A DNA stretch of 64,000 bases from an uncultured Pelagibacteraceae bacterium (lineage in GTDB: Bacteria > Pseudomonadota > Alphaproteobacteria > Pelagibacterales > AG-422-B15), in the NCBI GenBank assembly GCA_902564025.1, contig CACEZK010000005.1, positions 562-64,561 on the forward strand, written 5' to 3'. The notes under the pieces were generated by a model. It was given only the letters and a program-made list of their open reading frames with translations. It made no database searches and was not told where the DNA came from. This document shows positions 61,263-64,000 of the stretch, in pieces. A program made the translations under genes and the position numbers. The number at the start of each line of letters is the position of its first letter. Position 1 is the stretch's first letter.

Positions 61263-61981
61263 TTTTATTTCCAGCAATTGACTTAAAAGACGGTAAATGT
61301 GTAAGATTAATACAAGGTGATTTTACACAATCTACAACATACAATGAGTCACCGTTAGAACAGGCTAAAATTTTTGAAGACTCTGGAGTGGAATATTTGC
61401 ATTGCGTTGACCTAGATGGTGCGCTTAAGGGCAATTTTGAAAATATTAAATCTATTGAGCAAATAAAAAAAAATACGAATCTTAGGATTCAGTTCGGTGG
61501 CGGAGTAAGGAATATAGAAAGAGTTGAAAGACTCATTAATATTGGTGTTAATAATGTTATTATCGGAACATCAGTGTTTGAAAATAAAACTTTTTTTGAG
61601 AAATCAGTTTGCAATTATCCTAATAAAATTTCAATCGCTCTCGACATTAAGCAGAACCAAATTGCTACAAAAGGCTGGAAAGAGGTAAAAGATTTACAAA
61701 TTTCTGATTTTTTAAAAAGTATAGAAGATCTTAATATCAACTCAATAATAATTACTGACGTTATGAGGGATGGCATGAAGCAAGGAATTAACTTTGAAAT
61801 GCTAGAAAATGTAATGGTTCAAACAAAAATTGACTGTGTTGCATCAGGCGGGGTATCAAATATCTCGGACCTTATTAACCTAAAGAAAAAAAATTACTCA
61901 CAAATAAAAGGTGTAATTGTAGGTAAAGCAATTTATGACAAAAATATTGATATTGCTGAGGCATTAAAGATAGTTAGATAG
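61259..61981 (+). CDS. hisA: ProFAR isomerase
   Basis: [32 protein letters not shown]; ATG at 61259 overlaps the hisH stop. Confidence 0.96.
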   Translation: MILFPAIDLKDGKCVRLIQGDFTQSTTYNESPLEQAKIFEDSGVEYLHCVDLDGALKGNFENIKSIEQIKKNTNLRIQFGGGVRNIERVERLINIGVNNVIIGTSVFENKTFFEKSVCNYPNKISIALDIKQNQIATKGWKEVKDLQISDFLKSIEDLNINSIIITDVMRDGMKQGINFEMLENVMVQTKIDCVASGGVSNISDLINLKKKNYSQIKGVIVGKAIYDKNIDIAEALKIVR

Positions 61982-61982
61982 A

Positions 61983-62741
61983 ATGCTAAAAAAAAGAATC
62001 ATACCCTGCTTAGATGTTGATCGAGGGAGAGTTGTTAAAGGCGTCAATTTTGTTGACTTAATTGATGCTGGTGATCCTGTTGAACAAGCAAAAATCTATA
62101 ATTCTGAGGGAGCTGATGAACTTTGTTTTCTAGATATAACTGCATCAAGTGACGAAAGAGAAACCCTCTTTGAAGTTGTAAAAAAAACTGCTGAAAATTG
62201 TTTCATACCACTCACTGTAGGTGGAGGTGTCAGGACCATTGATGATATATCTCGTTTGCTTCACCATGGAGCAGATAAAGTGTCTATAAATACAGCTGCA
62301 GTTGAAAACATTGACCTGGTTGCAAAAGCAGCAAAGAAATATGGTTCCTCAACAATAGTTATAGCAGTGGATGCAAAAAAAAATGGAGATAAAAGTTGGA
62401 ATATATTTACCCATGGTGGAAGAAAGCCCACAGATATTGATGCACTAGAATACTGTATTGAAGTAGCTAATTTAGGAGCTGGTGAAATACTATTAACTTC
62501 AATGGACAGAGATGGAACAAAAATAGGATTTGACAATGAATTATTGAGTAATGTCTCGTCCTCTATTGATATTCCTGTTATTGCTTCAGGCGGCGTTGGA
62601 AACCTTGAGCACTTTGCTGAAGGGGTATTAGAGGGGGGAGCTAGCGCTCTATTAGCTGCTTCTATTTTTCATTTCGGAGAATATAGTATTAAAGATGTAA
62701 AAACATATCTTGCTGAACAAAATATAGCAGTTAGGATTTAA
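61983..62741 (+). CDS. hisF: imidazole glycerol phosphate synthase cyclase subunit
   Basis: [37 protein letters not shown]. Confidence 0.97.
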   Translation: MLKKRIIPCLDVDRGRVVKGVNFVDLIDAGDPVEQAKIYNSEGADELCFLDITASSDERETLFEVVKKTAENCFIPLTVGGGVRTIDDISRLLHHGADKVSINTAAVENIDLVAKAAKKYGSSTIVIAVDAKKNGDKSWNIFTHGGRKPTDIDALEYCIEVANLGAGEILLTSMDRDGTKIGFDNELLSNVSSSIDIPVIASGGVGNLEHFAEGVLEGGASALLAASIFHFGEYSIKDVKTYLAEQNIAVRI

Positions 62742-62743
62742 TT

Positions 62744-63031
62744 ATGAAAGGTTATTGGGTTGTAAAAGTCAATGTGTTACATCCGGACAAGCAAAAATTG
62801 TATGCAGAGTATGCAACTGAGGCGGTCAAAAAATACAATGGTAAATTTTTAGTTCGGGGTGGCGAACAAACAACTATGGAAGGTAAAGAATTTAAAAGAA
62901 ATGTCATAGTTGAGTATGAGTCAATTGAAATAGCTAAACAGGCTTATAACTCGGAAGAATATCAAAATGCAAAAAAAATCTTGGGAGACGAAAAGGATAG
63001 AATTTTTGCAATTGTTGAGGGAGTGGAATGA
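62744..63031 (+). CDS. DUF1330 domain protein
   Basis: GKFLVRGG...EG, IVEY.S, YNSEEYQ, AIVEG. Confidence 0.88.
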   Translation: MKGYWVVKVNVLHPDKQKLYAEYATEAVKKYNGKFLVRGGEQTTMEGKEFKRNVIVEYESIEIAKQAYNSEEYQNAKKILGDEKDRIFAIVEGVE

Positions 63032-63339
63032 GCAGTAAAAAAGTTGATGTATTAGTTCGGCTCTTTGATACAATTATTTCACATGCTAATGAAGACCCTT
63101 CAAAATCTTATACGGCAAAACTTATATCAGAAGGCAAAAGCAAATGTATAGAAAAGTTAAAAGAGGAATCGCTTGAAACTGTGGAGGCTGCTGAAGAAAA
63201 TAATTTAGAGCAGATAATTTATGAATCGGCGGATCTTATTTATCATTTGTTAGTTATGTTGAAAAAATTTGATATTACTCCTGATCAAGTCTATGAGGAG
63301 TTAGAAAAAAGAGAGGGTAAAACAGGACTTAGAGATTAA
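63028..63339 (+). CDS. hisE: phosphoribosyl-ATP pyrophosphatase
   Basis: SYTAKL, KLKEE, ESADLIYHLLV, EL.KR.G. Confidence 0.93.
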   Translation: MSSKKVDVLVRLFDTIISHANEDPSKSYTAKLISEGKSKCIEKLKEESLETVEAAEENNLEQIIYESADLIYHLLVMLKKFDITPDQVYEELEKREGKTGLRD

Positions 63340-63728
63340 TGTCGTATGATAAGGAAAATATTTTTGCTAAGATTTTAAGAGGCGAAATTCCTTGTGATAA
63401 AATTTATGAGGATGAATATGTCCTATCATTCAAAGATATCCGTCCGCAAGCACCTTCACATGCCCTAGTAATTCCCAAAGGGGAATATTTAGATATAAAT
63501 GATTTTAGTGCAAATGCTTCGGACGAAGAAATAGTTGGTTTCAACCGGGCTATTTCAAACGTAGCAGATATGTTGGGTATAAGTGAAAAATCTGGAGGAG
63601 GAGGATATAGGCTCATTGCAAATGCTGGTAAAGATGCGCATCAAGAAGTACCTCACTTACACTTTCATTTACTCGCGGGAAGACCATTGGGACCAATGGT
63701 ATTTCCTGAAAAACCTGAATACAAATAA
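63339..63728 (+). CDS. HIT family nucleotide-binding protein
   Basis: NIFAKILRGEIP, DIRPQAP, QEVPHLHFH. Confidence 0.93.
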   Translation: MSYDKENIFAKILRGEIPCDKIYEDEYVLSFKDIRPQAPSHALVIPKGEYLDINDFSANASDEEIVGFNRAISNVADMLGISEKSGGGGYRLIANAGKDAHQEVPHLHFHLLAGRPLGPMVFPEKPEYK

Positions 63729-63733
63729 TCAAT

Positions 63734-64000
63734 ATGAGTGAAAAAATCTCAGATGCTGAACTCATCAAGCTGTTTAATAAGAATAAATTATTTGATCTTT
63801 TTAATATGACTGTTCTTGAAGTTGATACTTCAGCTGGCAGTATCAAAGTTGAGTTTGATATTGATAAAAAATATTGCAATCCTGCAGGTGATGTCCAAGG
63901 AGGTATTGTTAGTGGAATGGTAGATGATGCAACTGCATTAGCTTTTATATTTCAAAATCATTTCAAAAAAAGACCGCCAACAATTGAACTGAAAACAAAT
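63734..64000 (+). CDS. PaaI family thioesterase (partial, runs off the window; not in ORF track)
   Basis: MSEKIS...YCNPAGDVQGGIVSGMVDDA...TIELKTN; NPxGxVQGG...D hotdog motif; open frame to the window end. Confidence 0.82.
   Translation, partial: MSEKISDAELIKLFNKNKLFDLFNMTVLEVDTSAGSIKVEFDIDKKYCNPAGDVQGGIVSGMVDDATALAFIFQNHFKKRPPTIELKTN

Noticed and set aside
529-63879. The many 60-115 aa ORFs nested in or antisense to recognised genes (e.g. 758-991, 12150-12497, 54410-54694, 63613-63879)
   Set aside because: Shadow frames of well-supported genes with no motifs or initiation signals
1-64000. CRISPR array, IS element, rRNA or defence system
   Set aside because: No spaced direct repeats, transposase, cas or restriction-type genes recognised; intergenic gaps are all under about 300 bp

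Overview
A 64-kb, AT-rich, very gene-dense segment that spans the replication origin of a streamlined alphaproteobacterium. A SAR11/HIMB59-like marine lineage is inferred from gene order, porin type and compaction, not proven. The core is the conserved alphaproteobacterial origin block: leuS-lptE-holA, parB-parA-rsmG-mnmG-mnmE, rho-hemJ-hemH-hemE, oriC, maf-aroE-coaE-dnaQ, secB-fxsA, tim44, hslUV and the his genes. A perfect parS site lies inside rsmG. Other housekeeping genes include rlmN (3' end), argG, folD, hemC/hemD, tsaD, gpsA, acs, rpe, purH, ftsK, lolA and tRNA-Gly(GCC). Accessory envelope loci are interleaved with the core: (1) a two-gene cassette made of a passenger-less inverse-autotransporter beta-barrel and a separately secreted Cys-containing beta-rich protein, a candidate split type Ve / two-partner surface-display system; (2) a DUF1302-DUF1329-YCF48-like operon with an oversized 995-aa channel, no RND/MMPL partner and a coupled 3beta/17beta-HSD-like SDR; (3) a shared CATAAAT[AG]TCACA-N14-TGTGA element upstream of both large outer-membrane channel genes; (4) a CenR-position regulator with a decayed receiver domain; (5) a TPR-sulfotransferase wedged into leuS-lptE; (6) FkbM/GT9 genes around the tRNA. 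No CRISPR array, integrase, transposase or rRNA was seen. All family assignments come from motif recognition by eye; no searches were run.
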